Assembly: GCA_963676795.2 (NCBI GenBank)
Contig: CAXXTB010000002.1
Span: forward strand, 192,001 to 256,000
DNA from: Geopsychrobacteraceae bacterium
GTDB lineage: Bacteria > Desulfobacterota > Desulfuromonadia > Desulfuromonadales > Geopsychrobacteraceae
Length of the DNA: 64,000 nucleotides
Direction of reading: 5' to 3'
This document shows, piece after piece, positions 26,201 to 35,790 of the stretch. The position numbers and the translations under genes are program-made. The notes beneath the pieces were generated by a model. It searched no databases, had not been told where the DNA came from, and saw only the letters and a program-made list of their open reading frames with translations. How positions within the stretch are numbered: position 1 is the first letter of the stretch; each line of letters begins with the position of its first letter.

Positions 26201-27583
26201 ATGGGTTTAGCTGCAGCACTCAATTCAGGACGTTCTTCACTGCAGACCAACCAGAAGGCGATCGAGATCACCGGCCTGAATATTGCCAACGTCAATACCG
26301 AAGGCTATTCTCGCCAGACGCCGAACATGACCCCGTATCCGGCTCTGGCCTTCGGCGATTTCTTTATCGGCACCGGCGTCACTGTCGGTTCTGTCGAACG
26401 TTCCCACGATGTCTTTCTCGATGGTCAGATCAAGGATAAGTCGGCCGATGTCGGCCTGGAGAGCAGTATGGCCAATCCGCTGGCCGAGCTGGAGCGAGTC
26501 CTGAACATCGATGATGGCAGCCTGTCCGATGAGTTCGATCAGTTCTTTGACGCCTGGCGGCAGTTGTCGACCAATCCGGGTGGTGAGGTCGAGCGCCAGC
26601 AGGTCCTGCAGCGCGGCGAACTGATCGGCGACGCTTTTGCCAATATCTATAACGAGACCCAGCAGGTCGTTAAAAATATCAACAATACCATCGTTTCGAA
26701 GATCGACGGTGTCAATCTGGCGGTCGATGAGATCGCTCAGCTGAATAACCGGATCTCGTCTCTGGAGCTGTCCGGTCAGGACGCCAATTCCGACCGTGAC
26801 CGGCGTGACTATCTGCTCAAGAACCTGGCTGAATCGATCGGGGCAACCAGTTTCGAAACCTCGACCGGTACGGTTTCGGTGCAGTTGGGCAACGGTATGC
26901 CGTTGGTCGAAGGCAACGAAGCGACCCATATCGCCGCCGTTTACAACGGCACCGACGTCAATCTTCAGCTCGAGTACGGCACCGCCAATATCGATCTGGA
27001 GCGGACGGCGATGGGGGGCGAGTTCCGTGGCCTCTATGAGGTGCGCGATGTGGTGATTCCCGACGCCGTCAATCGTCTCGATCAGCTGGCCTATACCTTC
27101 GCCACTGAAGTCAATGCCATGCACCAGGCCGGGACCGATCTGAACGGCAATCCTGGACAGGATTTTTTCGTTCAGCCAGCGGCTGTCACTGACGCGGCTG
27201 CCTCGCTGACGATGAACATCACGATGACGGCTGAGATTGCAGCGGGAACCTCTGCTGCTCATGGAGATAACACCAATTCTCTGGCCATTCTTCAGCTTGA
27301 ACAGCAGCAGTTTGCGGCTTTGGGCGGCAACGATACCTTCGTCTCCTATTATGGCAAAATCGTTTCGACCGTTGGCGTTGAGGCGGCCCGTAACAACCAG
27401 GCCAGGCAGGGGTATGAAGACAGTCTGATCCAGTTGCAGAACCTGCGCGACGGCATCGACGGGGTTTCCCTGGAAGATGAAATGATCAACCTGATGCAAT
27501 ACCAGAAAGGCTTCGAGGCTTCAGCCAAGTTCCTGTCGACGATTGATGAAATGATGGGAACCCTGCTGACACTGAAAAGTTAG
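26201..27583 (+). CDS. flgK: Hook-associated protein FlgK
   Basis: NIANVNTEGYSRQ, GTGV, GVSLEDEMINLMQYQKGFEASAK. Confidence 0.97.
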   Translation: MGLAAALNSGRSSLQTNQKAIEITGLNIANVNTEGYSRQTPNMTPYPALAFGDFFIGTGVTVGSVERSHDVFLDGQIKDKSADVGLESSMANPLAELERVLNIDDGSLSDEFDQFFDAWRQLSTNPGGEVERQQVLQRGELIGDAFANIYNETQQVVKNINNTIVSKIDGVNLAVDEIAQLNNRISSLELSGQDANSDRDRRDYLLKNLAESIGATSFETSTGTVSVQLGNGMPLVEGNEATHIAAVYNGTDVNLQLEYGTANIDLERTAMGGEFRGLYEVRDVVIPDAVNRLDQLAYTFATEVNAMHQAGTDLNGNPGQDFFVQPAAVTDAAASLTMNITMTAEIAAGTSAAHGDNTNSLAILQLEQQQFAALGGNDTFVSYYGKIVSTVGVEAARNNQARQGYEDSLIQLQNLRDGIDGVSLEDEMINLMQYQKGFEASAKFLSTIDEMMGTLLTLKS

Positions 27584-27590
27584 GTGATTT

Positions 27591-28526
27591 ATGAGAGCGA
27601 CCCAGACCACGACATATCGCAGCCTGCAGGCGTTCCTTGACCGGACCAGTGACAAGTTGCAGAGCCTGCAACTACAGGCGGCAACCGGCAAGCGGATCAA
27701 CCGTCCGTCGGACGATCCCACAGCAATCAGTCCTGTTTTGAGTGCCCGGACCCAGATTCAGACCTCCGACCGCTACATTGAAACCATCGAAACGGGAAGT
27801 GACCGGATCGAAAACATGGATGGGTATCTTGACAGTATCGAGAATACCCTGGTTCGGGTCAAAGAGATCAATATCGCCGTTATTAATGGCTCATTGAGCG
27901 ATGAGGACAGGGCCACCTTTGCCGATGAGGTTCATCAGCTCAGGGAAACCCTGCTTTCCGATGCGAATGCCAGCGTTGATGGTAAATATCTTTTTGCCGG
28001 GTTCAATGAGAAAACGACACCCTTTGTTCGGAATCCGAATTATCCCGCAACCGAACCGAATCCGGTGACCTATACCGGTGATGACGGTGAGCTCGAATAT
28101 GAAATCGCCCCAAATGAACTGATCAAGGTCAATATGCCCGGCAACGGGTTCCTGATGGGCGATTTCAATTTTGACGGAACGACAGACGCCGGTGCTTACG
28201 ACATATTTTCAGTCGTGACTCAGTTGGAACAGGACATCCGTAACAATGATACGACGGCGTTGGCCAATTCGCTAGATAACATAGAAAATGCGACTAACCA
28301 GGTTCGCAGCCAGAGAAGCCTGTCAGGAAATGTCGGCAGTCGTTTGGAGACGGCTCTTTCCCATATGGAGCAGATCAAGATCGATATGGAAGAGTTCCGT
28401 TCCCGTTATGAGGATGCCGATCTGCTTGAGACTATCACCGACATGCAGCTGCAGGAACAGAGTTTTCAGGCGGCTCTGAACGTGACAGGCAAGGTTTCTG
28501 AGTTGTCGATTCTCAACTATCTTTAA
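27591..28526 (+). CDS. flgL: Hook-associated protein FlgL
   Basis: TGKRINRPSDDP, GKYLFAG, SILNYL C-terminus. Confidence 0.96.
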   Translation: MRATQTTTYRSLQAFLDRTSDKLQSLQLQAATGKRINRPSDDPTAISPVLSARTQIQTSDRYIETIETGSDRIENMDGYLDSIENTLVRVKEINIAVINGSLSDEDRATFADEVHQLRETLLSDANASVDGKYLFAGFNEKTTPFVRNPNYPATEPNPVTYTGDDGELEYEIAPNELIKVNMPGNGFLMGDFNFDGTTDAGAYDIFSVVTQLEQDIRNNDTTALANSLDNIENATNQVRSQRSLSGNVGSRLETALSHMEQIKIDMEEFRSRYEDADLLETITDMQLQEQSFQAALNVTGKVSELSILNYL

Positions 28527-28585
28527 CATCAGGTAACCAACAACCGAACGCGGAGGCGATCGGACAATCAGCCAGGAGGCGCAAT

Positions 28586-28822
28586 ATGTTAGTTCTGACC
28601 CGCAAACCAGGAGAAGGAATCATAATAGGTGACGATGTCAAGATTACCATCGTCGAACTCAAGGGAGGCGGCGTCCGGATCGGAGTCGATGCTCCTCGAG
28701 ATATGAAGGTTCACCGTCAGGAAGTATTTGATCGAATCAAAGAGGAGAACATGGAGGCTGCAAAGTGGGACATTGCCGATCTGAACGAGTTAAGCAGCAT
28801 CATCAAGCCGGGGAGGGACTAG
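28586..28822 (+). CDS. csrA: Carbon storage regulator CsrA
   Basis: MLVLTRKPGEGIIIGDD...VRIGVDAP...HRQEV, plus the EENMEA C-terminal extension typical of FliW-regulated CsrA. Confidence 0.97.
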   Translation: MLVLTRKPGEGIIIGDDVKITIVELKGGGVRIGVDAPRDMKVHRQEVFDRIKEENMEAAKWDIADLNELSSIIKPGRD

Positions 28823-28824
28823 CC

Positions 28825-29244
28825 ATGAACAAAATCCAATCCCGTTTTGGCGAAATCGAATACGATCCGGACAGCACCTTGTATTTTCCAGACGGTTTGA
28901 TCGGTTTTGAAACTCTGCGCCATTTTATTGTCATGCCGAATGAAAAAGAGGGACCTCTTTTCTGGATTCAGAGTGTTGATGACCCCCAGATTGCATTTGT
29001 TCTGACCGACCCGACCGATTTTTACTTTGATTATCTGGTGGCACCTGATCCGCGAGAAAGACAGAAGCTGGGTATCGAAGAAGACGATGAATGCCTGGTC
29101 ACGGTGATTGTCACTGTTCCGCCAAGTCGCGAGGTGACAATGAATCTGGCGGCACCGATTCTGTTCGCTCCCAAAACCAACAGAGCTCTTCAGGTTGTCC
29201 TCGAAGGGACGAATTTCAGTACACAGACTCCACTTCCCGACTGA
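28825..29244 (+). CDS. fliW: Flagellar assembly factor FliW
   Basis: SRFGEI, FPDGLIGFE, FWIQS, TMNLAAPI. Confidence 0.95.
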   Translation: MNKIQSRFGEIEYDPDSTLYFPDGLIGFETLRHFIVMPNEKEGPLFWIQSVDDPQIAFVLTDPTDFYFDYLVAPDPRERQKLGIEEDDECLVTVIVTVPPSREVTMNLAAPILFAPKTNRALQVVLEGTNFSTQTPLPD

Positions 29245-29269
29245 CGAAGAGGGATATTCAGCTAATTAT

Positions 29270-29301
29270 AAAAGCTGCAGCTGGGGAAGCTGCAGCTTTT
29301 T
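29270..29301 (+). terminator. Rho-independent (potentially bidirectional) terminator after fliW
   Basis: AAAAGCTGCAGCT-GGGGA-AGCTGCAGCTTTT, perfect 13-bp inverted repeat. Confidence 0.88.
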
Positions 29302-29388
29302 GTGTATATTGATATATGTCCTTATGTTAATCCTATTTGCTGAACATTTCGATAAGAATACTCTTTTGATCCTTGTTGGGAGGATAGT

Positions 29389-30399
29389 GTGCTAAATGGC
29401 AAATCAATTCTGATTACTGGCGGCACGGGATCATTCGGCCAGAAATTTGTCGAGGTCCTGTTCCGGGATTACCCGGATGTCGAGAGAGTGGTCATCTTCT
29501 CCCGAGATGAGCTGAAGCAGTTTGAAATGGCGCAGCGCTTTCCGAAATCCCGCTACGGGCAGATTCGCTATTTCCTCGGCGACGTGCGTGACAAGGACCG
29601 GGTCAAGCGTGCCTTGGAGGGGATCGATATCGTCGTCCATGCAGCTGCGCTCAAACAGGTTCCGGCCGCCGAATACAACCCCTTTGAAGTCATCAAAACA
29701 AATGTCCTGGGCGCTCAGAATATCATCGATGCCTGTTTCGATCTGGAGATTGAAAAAGTCATAGCCTTAAGTACTGACAAGGCTGCCGCTCCGATCAACC
29801 TTTACGGGGCAACCAAGCTCTGTTCCGACAAACTCTTCGTTGCCGCGAACAACATGAAAGGGAAGCGGGACATCAGACTTTCCGTTGTCAGGTACGGTAA
29901 TGTTCTTGGCAGCCGTGGCAGCGTCATTCCTTTTTTTCTGAAAAAAAAGCAGGAGGGTACATCCATCCCCATTACTGACAAAAGAATGACCCGTTTCAGT
30001 ATTACGTTGGATCAGGGAGTTGCTTTTGTTTTCAAAGCCTTGGAAGTCATGCTCGGCGGGGAGATTTTTGTCCCCAAGATTCCGAGCGTAAGAATTACCG
30101 ATCTGGCAGAGGCTATTGCACCTGGGATACCTCAGGAAGTTGTCGGGATACGGCCGGGAGAGAAAATCGACGAAGAGATGATTACCGAGACCGACGGACC
30201 TAATACTCTGGAGTTTGAGAACTATTACACGATTCTTCCGTCGATCGATTTTTTTGACAGACAGAAACTGAAGAGGTCTTTCAAAGGTAAGAAATGTCCG
30301 GCCGGATTTAAATATAACAGTGGTAATAATCCTGAATGGCTGAGCGTGGAACAAATTCGAACCCTGGTCGCAGGTTATATTGCTGAATATGGCGAATGA
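29389..30399 (+). CDS. pseB: UDP-N-acetylglucosamine 4,6-dehydratase (inverting) PseB
   Basis: TGGTGSFG, SRDELKQ, HAAALKQVP, LSTDKA, YGATK, RYGNVLGSRGSV. Confidence 0.95.
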   Translation: MLNGKSILITGGTGSFGQKFVEVLFRDYPDVERVVIFSRDELKQFEMAQRFPKSRYGQIRYFLGDVRDKDRVKRALEGIDIVVHAAALKQVPAAEYNPFEVIKTNVLGAQNIIDACFDLEIEKVIALSTDKAAAPINLYGATKLCSDKLFVAANNMKGKRDIRLSVVRYGNVLGSRGSVIPFFLKKKQEGTSIPITDKRMTRFSITLDQGVAFVFKALEVMLGGEIFVPKIPSVRITDLAEAIAPGIPQEVVGIRPGEKIDEEMITETDGPNTLEFENYYTILPSIDFFDRQKLKRSFKGKKCPAGFKYNSGNNPEWLSVEQIRTLVAGYIAEYGE

Positions 30400-31543
30400 A
30401 AATTATCTGCCCTACGGGCGACAGCAGATCACAGAAGATGATATTGACGCTGTTGTTGAGGCCTTGCGTTCTGACTGGTTGACAACCGGGCCAATGGTTG
30501 AAAAATTCGAACAGGCTGCCGCCGACTTCGTCGGAACTAAACACGCTGTCGCTGTATCCAGTGGAACAGCAGCGTTGCATGCCGCAATGTTTGCTATTGG
30601 GATTGGACCCGGAGATGAGGTGATTGTTCCGCCGATAACTTTTGTCGCGACGGCAAATGCGATCGTTTATCAGGGAGGGATACCGGTTTTCGTCGATGTT
30701 GAGCCTGATACCCTGTTGATTGATCCAAATGTAATTGAAGCGAAAATCACGCCTCAAACTAAAGCAATTCTTGCCGTTGATTATGCCGGCCAACCTTGTG
30801 ATTACGTTGCCTTAAGAGATATAGCAGGTCGCCATGGTCTATTGCTGATTTCAGACGCCTGCCATTCTTTAGGGGCAGAGTACAACGATTGTAGGGTTGG
30901 AGCTTTGGCAGATCTGACAGTGTTCAGTTTTCATCCAGTTAAACCGATAACGACTGCTGAAGGTGGGATGGTTGTAACCGATAGTCTTGAGTGGACGGAT
31001 CGGATGAGGCAGTTTCGTAATCACGGAATTACCACTGATCATAAGCAACGAATCCGCCAGTCTGTCTGGCATTACGAGATGACAGAATTAGGTTACAACT
31101 ATCGATTATCAGACATTCATTGTGCTTTGGGATTAAGTCAGCTGAAAAAACTGCCGATAAATATCAAGGCAAGACAACGTCTCGCAGAATATTATGATCT
31201 GTTGTTTGAAGGTGTGTCCGAAGTTGAATGTTTGAGGACATTGCCAGGTAGAGCCAACGGCTATCATCTTTATGTGGTAAAGCTTGCTGGGCGGGATCGG
31301 ATATTCAGGAGCCTACGAAGTAGTAATGTGGGATGCAACGTGCACTATTTACCCGTTCATCTGCAGCCTTATTATCGGAGAACATTCGGGACGGGCAGTG
31401 GTGATTGTCCAATTGCAGAGCGGGTTGCTGAAGAGATCTTGAGCTTGCCAATATTTCCTGCAATGCAGGAAGGGGATGCGGCTCGCGTTGTGGGTTTAAT
31501 AGCGCAGGAAGTGCGCCGGAGCGTGAGTGGGAATAAGCTATAA
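30389..31543 (+). CDS. pseC: PLP-dependent sugar aminotransferase PseC (DegT/DnrJ family)
   Basis: LPYGRQ, WLTTGP, DACHSLG, FSFHPVKPITTAEGG; follows pseB. Confidence 0.92.
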   Translation: MANENYLPYGRQQITEDDIDAVVEALRSDWLTTGPMVEKFEQAAADFVGTKHAVAVSSGTAALHAAMFAIGIGPGDEVIVPPITFVATANAIVYQGGIPVFVDVEPDTLLIDPNVIEAKITPQTKAILAVDYAGQPCDYVALRDIAGRHGLLLISDACHSLGAEYNDCRVGALADLTVFSFHPVKPITTAEGGMVVTDSLEWTDRMRQFRNHGITTDHKQRIRQSVWHYEMTELGYNYRLSDIHCALGLSQLKKLPINIKARQRLAEYYDLLFEGVSEVECLRTLPGRANGYHLYVVKLAGRDRIFRSLRSSNVGCNVHYLPVHLQPYYRRTFGTGSGDCPIAERVAEEILSLPIFPAMQEGDAARVVGLIAQEVRRSVSGNKL

Positions 31544-31660
31544 TCAAGCGCTTGCATAAGAGATGAAAATAATATACCGCGACTAGAATTTATTTTTATC
31601 GTGTGAAAAGTCACAAAACACTGATCTGTAAATGCATTGTAATGGTAAGGAGAATGTCTG

Positions 31661-32647
31661 GTGATCAAGGTAGGAATTATTGGCTTCGGCAAAATGGGAA
31701 AGATCAGAGCTGAGGCTGTTTCTGTTGATGGGAGGGGCAAGGTCGTTGGTATTTACGATGAAAATTCGGATACTTTGACTGATCGCTATGCCTGTTATGA
31801 GAGTGCGGAGAAGATGATTTCTTCCCCCGAATTTGATGCTTTGTTTATTTGTACCCCCAACTTTCTGAACAAATCTCTGACGATAAATGCTTTAAGAAGT
31901 GGCAAACATGTTTTTTGTGAGAAACCACCAGCGTTTACTGCAGAGGAAGTTGAGGAGATTATTCAGGCTGAAAGGATATCGGGGAAAAAACTGATGTATG
32001 GTTTTAATCATCGTCATCATGAGAGTATTCAGCGCATCAAGCATCTGATTGACTCACGTGAATATGGTAATCTGCTGTGGATGCGCGGACGCTATGGTAA
32101 AAGTGTCGATGTGTCTTTTTACGACGACTGGAGATCAAAAAAAGCATTTGCTGGGGGAGGGATTCTGCTCGATCAGGGAATTCACATGCTTGATCTTTTC
32201 CTCTATCTGGGTGGTCGTTTTGATGATGTTCATGCCTTTGTCTCAAATCTGTATTGGAATATGGATATTGAGGACAACGTCTTCGCCATTCTGCGTAATA
32301 ATGAAACGGGTGTAGTTGCCTCTTTGCATTCCACTATGACGCAGTGGAGGCATCTGTTTTCATTGGAAATTTTCCTTGAAAAAGGATACGTCGTTCTGAA
32401 CGGTCTGAAGACGTCTTCGGGAACCTATGGAGATGAAATTCTGGCAATTGCCAAAAATAGAAGTACGGCTCCCGCTGCCACATGGGAAGATGAGGAACGG
32501 ATTCAGTATCAGACTGATATCTCCTGGTCCTCTGAAATTGAACATTTCTTTTCAGCAATAGAAAAGGACTCTCCTGTCATGATCGGAAATTCAAATGATG
32601 CTTTAGCTCTTATGCAGACTATTGACAGCATCTACGCCCAAAAATGA
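31661..32647 (+). CDS. Gfo/Idh/MocA family oxidoreductase
   Basis: GIIGFGKMG, KHVFCEKP, GFNHR, GGGILLDQGIH. Confidence 0.9.
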   Translation: MIKVGIIGFGKMGKIRAEAVSVDGRGKVVGIYDENSDTLTDRYACYESAEKMISSPEFDALFICTPNFLNKSLTINALRSGKHVFCEKPPAFTAEEVEEIIQAERISGKKLMYGFNHRHHESIQRIKHLIDSREYGNLLWMRGRYGKSVDVSFYDDWRSKKAFAGGGILLDQGIHMLDLFLYLGGRFDDVHAFVSNLYWNMDIEDNVFAILRNNETGVVASLHSTMTQWRHLFSLEIFLEKGYVVLNGLKTSSGTYGDEILAIAKNRSTAPAATWEDEERIQYQTDISWSSEIEHFFSAIEKDSPVMIGNSNDALALMQTIDSIYAQK

Positions 32648-33234
32648 GCGATATGGAAGATACGAATTTTTTGGAAAAATACTTTGCAAAGTATCAAAAA
32701 GCTGTTTTTGGACAGAATGTTTTTTCTTCAATGCTCGAGTTCAAAAAGCTCATTGAACAGACATCTTCCTCCGGCGGAAGGGTCTTTTTTGCAGGAAATG
32801 GAGCTAGCGCTGCAATTGCCAGTCACTGTGCATTGGATTTCACAAAGCAGGGCAAGATTCGATCTCAGTGTTTTAATGAATCAGCACTGCTGACGGCTTT
32901 TAGTAACGATTATGGCTATGATCAGTGGGTGGTAAGAGCTTTAGCTGCTTACGCTGAGCCCGAAGATCTCGTCGTTTTGATAAGTTCAAGTGGACGCTCT
33001 CCAAATATAGTCAATGCCGCTGGCTATGCCCGGAATGCTGAGATGAAGATCGTTACTTTTACAGGTTTTGCACCAGATAATCCGCTTAAAACCTTGGGAG
33101 ATGTAAATTTTTGGGTAGATTCTCAATCTTATAATCTTATTGAGTGCACTCACATGTTCTGGCTTATGGCCGTTTGTGATCTTATTATTGGCAAGGCTGA
33201 ATATAAGACGTCCGATCGTGGATTTATAAATTAG
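32644..33234 (+). CDS. SIS-domain sugar-phosphate isomerase (GmhA-like)
   Basis: GNGASAAIASH, TAFSNDYG, ISSSGRSPN, IECTH. Confidence 0.85.
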   Translation: MSDMEDTNFLEKYFAKYQKAVFGQNVFSSMLEFKKLIEQTSSSGGRVFFAGNGASAAIASHCALDFTKQGKIRSQCFNESALLTAFSNDYGYDQWVVRALAAYAEPEDLVVLISSSGRSPNIVNAAGYARNAEMKIVTFTGFAPDNPLKTLGDVNFWVDSQSYNLIECTHMFWLMAVCDLIIGKAEYKTSDRGFIN

Positions 33235-33255
33235 TTATTACGCTGGGGGAATTGA

Positions 33256-33975
33256 ATGAGAGATTTGGGCCGGGTTATCGCCCATATACCGGCACGTGGA
33301 GGGAGTCAACGTGTCCCATTGAAAAATCTGCGTTTAATAGCAGGTAAGCCATTGTTGTTCTATACCATTGAGGCAGCAAAGAAGAGCGTTTCTCTTGATG
33401 AACTCTATATAAATACCGACTCAGAGAAAATTGCAGCGTATGCTAAAGAAAATGGAATTTCAGTTTATTTGAGATCTCCTGAGTTGGCATCTAATCTTGC
33501 AACCAGTGATCAGTTCAATATCGATTTTATAAGGGCCAAAAAGCCGGATACCTTGGTCATGATAAATCCTGTCTGTCCACTTATTGAGACTGCAGATATT
33601 GATGCCGCACTGCTTGCCTTTAGAAATTGTGATGCCGATACCTTGATAACGTCGACCTCAACGCAAATGCAGTGTTTCCTGGATGATGAACCCATAAATA
33701 TTCGAGTTGACGAACAGCTGGCTCCCTCGCAAAGCAATAAACCAGTACATGTTTGCAACTGGGCTATAACTGTTTGGGACGCCGTTAAGTTTCAGCAAAG
33801 GTATGAGACTCTGGGGTTTGCGGTATTGGGAGAAACCAGAAAACTGCTGCCCATAGATCCGATAAAAGCGGTAAAAATCAGCACTGAAGAGGATTTCAGG
33901 CTTGCTGAAGCAATCATGCAGGCTCGAAAAACTGTGAGAGATGACGCCCCCGCTAGCTACTGGAATGAAGAGTAA
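33256..33975 (+). CDS. Acylneuraminate cytidylyltransferase family protein (NeuA/KdsB-like)
   Basis: IPARGGSQRVPLKN...GKPL, ISTEEDF. Confidence 0.87.
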   Translation: MRDLGRVIAHIPARGGSQRVPLKNLRLIAGKPLLFYTIEAAKKSVSLDELYINTDSEKIAAYAKENGISVYLRSPELASNLATSDQFNIDFIRAKKPDTLVMINPVCPLIETADIDAALLAFRNCDADTLITSTSTQMQCFLDDEPINIRVDEQLAPSQSNKPVHVCNWAITVWDAVKFQQRYETLGFAVLGETRKLLPIDPIKAVKISTEEDFRLAEAIMQARKTVRDDAPASYWNEE

Positions 33976-33977
33976 TC

Positions 33978-34724
33978 ATGACGGAGACCAGAGAAAGGCC
34001 AAAAATGACTGATCGGCTTTCTGGAAAATCATGTCTGGTAACCGGGGGAACCCGAGGCATAGGTCTGGCAGTTGCGAAGAACCTCTCTTGCTGCGGGGCG
34101 AGGGTCATTGTTACGGGGACCGGTCCTGCTCCCGCGCTTCCGGAGGCTTTCGGCTATCGGCAGGTTGATTTCTCCGATATGTCGGCATTGTCGGATTTCT
34201 CCAGAGAGGTGTCCTGTCTGGGGGTCGATATCCTGGTCAATAATGCCGGTATCAATAAGATCTCTCCTTTGACAGAAGTTGACATTGAAGATTTTCTGAA
34301 AATTCAGCAAGTCAATGTTGTGGCGCCTTTTATGCTTTGTCAGGCGGTTGTGCCATACATGCAAAAACAACAATGGGGGCGGATCGTCAATATCAGTTCA
34401 ATCTGGGGCAAAATCAGTAAGGCCAAAAGGTCATCATATTCGGCGAGCAAGTTTGCGTTGGATGGGATAACGGCTGCGATAGCTGCAGAGTTGGCGCAAT
34501 ATGGCATTCTTGCAAATTGTGTGGCTCCCGGAGTTATTGATACGAGCTTGACCCAAGAGGTTCTAGGGGCCGATGGTATTCGTGACTTGTCACAACAGAT
34601 ACCCGTAGGAAGGCTGGGGACTCCCGAAGAGATAGCGACGTTTGTTGCATGGTTGGCAGGGCCTGAAAACACTTATATTAGTGGCCAAAATATAGCAATT
34701 GACGGAGGATTCACGCGTGTCTGA
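33978..34724 (+). CDS. SDR family oxidoreductase
   Basis: TGGTRGIG, NNAG, YSASK, IDGG. Confidence 0.92.
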   Translation: MTETRERPKMTDRLSGKSCLVTGGTRGIGLAVAKNLSCCGARVIVTGTGPAPALPEAFGYRQVDFSDMSALSDFSREVSCLGVDILVNNAGINKISPLTEVDIEDFLKIQQVNVVAPFMLCQAVVPYMQKQQWGRIVNISSIWGKISKAKRSSYSASKFALDGITAAIAAELAQYGILANCVAPGVIDTSLTQEVLGADGIRDLSQQIPVGRLGTPEEIATFVAWLAGPENTYISGQNIAIDGGFTRV

Positions 34725-35790
34725 TCGTTTGGTAATTCAGTCCTTCAAGGGGCCTTATGAAGCTCATTTTGGCGTCGATATCTGGAATCAATTAAACGAT
34801 AGTGTGTCGGAAGAGGTTCATTTTCTCATTGATCAAAAAGTGGCAGAGCTGTATGCGGAACGGCTGCATGGTGTTCTTCGTGCCCCGAGCGTCCTGCGCA
34901 TTGAGGCGCTTGAGTCCAACAAGTCCCTTGAAGCTTTTCCGGCATATGTTGAGTACCTTGTTGCCAATAAGATCCGCCGTCATCACAAGCTTGTTGCCAT
35001 CGGTGGAGGCATTATTCAGGATATAACCTGCTTTTTGTCCGCAACTCTGTTGAGAGGAATCGCTTGGCACTTTTATCCGACGACATTGCTTGCTCAGGCA
35101 GATAGCTGTATCGGGTCGAAGAGTTCTGTCAACTGTGGCGACGCAAAGAATATCCTCGGGACTTTTACTCCACCCGAAAGTGTTTATATCAGCACAGACG
35201 TTCTCGATACGCTTGATGAAAAAGATATGTGTTCTGGTGTGGGTGAGATGTTGAAAGTTCACGCTATAGAGGGACTTTCAGCGTTCGCTAGGATTGCCAA
35301 TGTCTATCCTCAACTGTTTTCGAACAAAGAGCTGTTGTTGAGTTACATCCGTCGTTCCTTGGAGGTCAAGAAAAGCTACATCGAGGAGGACGAGTTTGAC
35401 CGCGGTGTGCGTAATATTTTCAATTACGGTCATAGCTTTGGCCATGCGCTCGAATCGGCGACAGATTTTAGAGTTCCTCATGGTATTGCTGTGAGTATGG
35501 GGATGGATATGGCCAATTATGTCGCTTGGAAACTTGGCATTTCTGGAGAAGAAGTTTTTTGCCAGATGCATCCGGTGTTAGCGGAAAACTATCTTGGATA
35601 CGAAGCTCTTTCCGTTCCGATCAATCGCTTTATCAGTGCGATCGGTAAGGATAAAAAAAATCAGGGAAGGGACAGTGTTTCTTTGATACTTCCGGATACT
35701 GATGGCGTTTTGAAAAAACTGAACTGTCCTAACGACGCTAGATTCCGGGCCGCATGTCAGGAGTATCTGGAACGAGTCAGGTGCTCATGA
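34717..35790 (+). CDS. 3-dehydroquinate synthase / sugar-phosphate cyclase family protein
   Basis: AIGGGIIQD, PTTLLAQADSCIGSKS, KNILG, EMLK, FNYGHSFGHALE, HGIAV, DKK; GTG start with GGAGG SD. Confidence 0.88.
   Translation: MSDRLVIQSFKGPYEAHFGVDIWNQLNDSVSEEVHFLIDQKVAELYAERLHGVLRAPSVLRIEALESNKSLEAFPAYVEYLVANKIRRHHKLVAIGGGIIQDITCFLSATLLRGIAWHFYPTTLLAQADSCIGSKSSVNCGDAKNILGTFTPPESVYISTDVLDTLDEKDMCSGVGEMLKVHAIEGLSAFARIANVYPQLFSNKELLLSYIRRSLEVKKSYIEEDEFDRGVRNIFNYGHSFGHALESATDFRVPHGIAVSMGMDMANYVAWKLGISGEEVFCQMHPVLAENYLGYEALSVPINRFISAIGKDKKNQGRDSVSLILPDTDGVLKKLNCPNDARFRAACQEYLERVRCS

Noticed and set aside
26237..27499. Long antisense ORFs (also 14992-16152, 21903-23066, 3477-4352, 1337-2035)
   Set aside because: They lie opposite well-conserved flagellar genes, show no recognisable motifs, and are expected shadows of GC-rich codon usage.
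27591..28526. Flagellin-like gene as fliC
   Set aside because: Its position after flgK and the GKYLFAG and SILNYL motifs identify it as FlgL.
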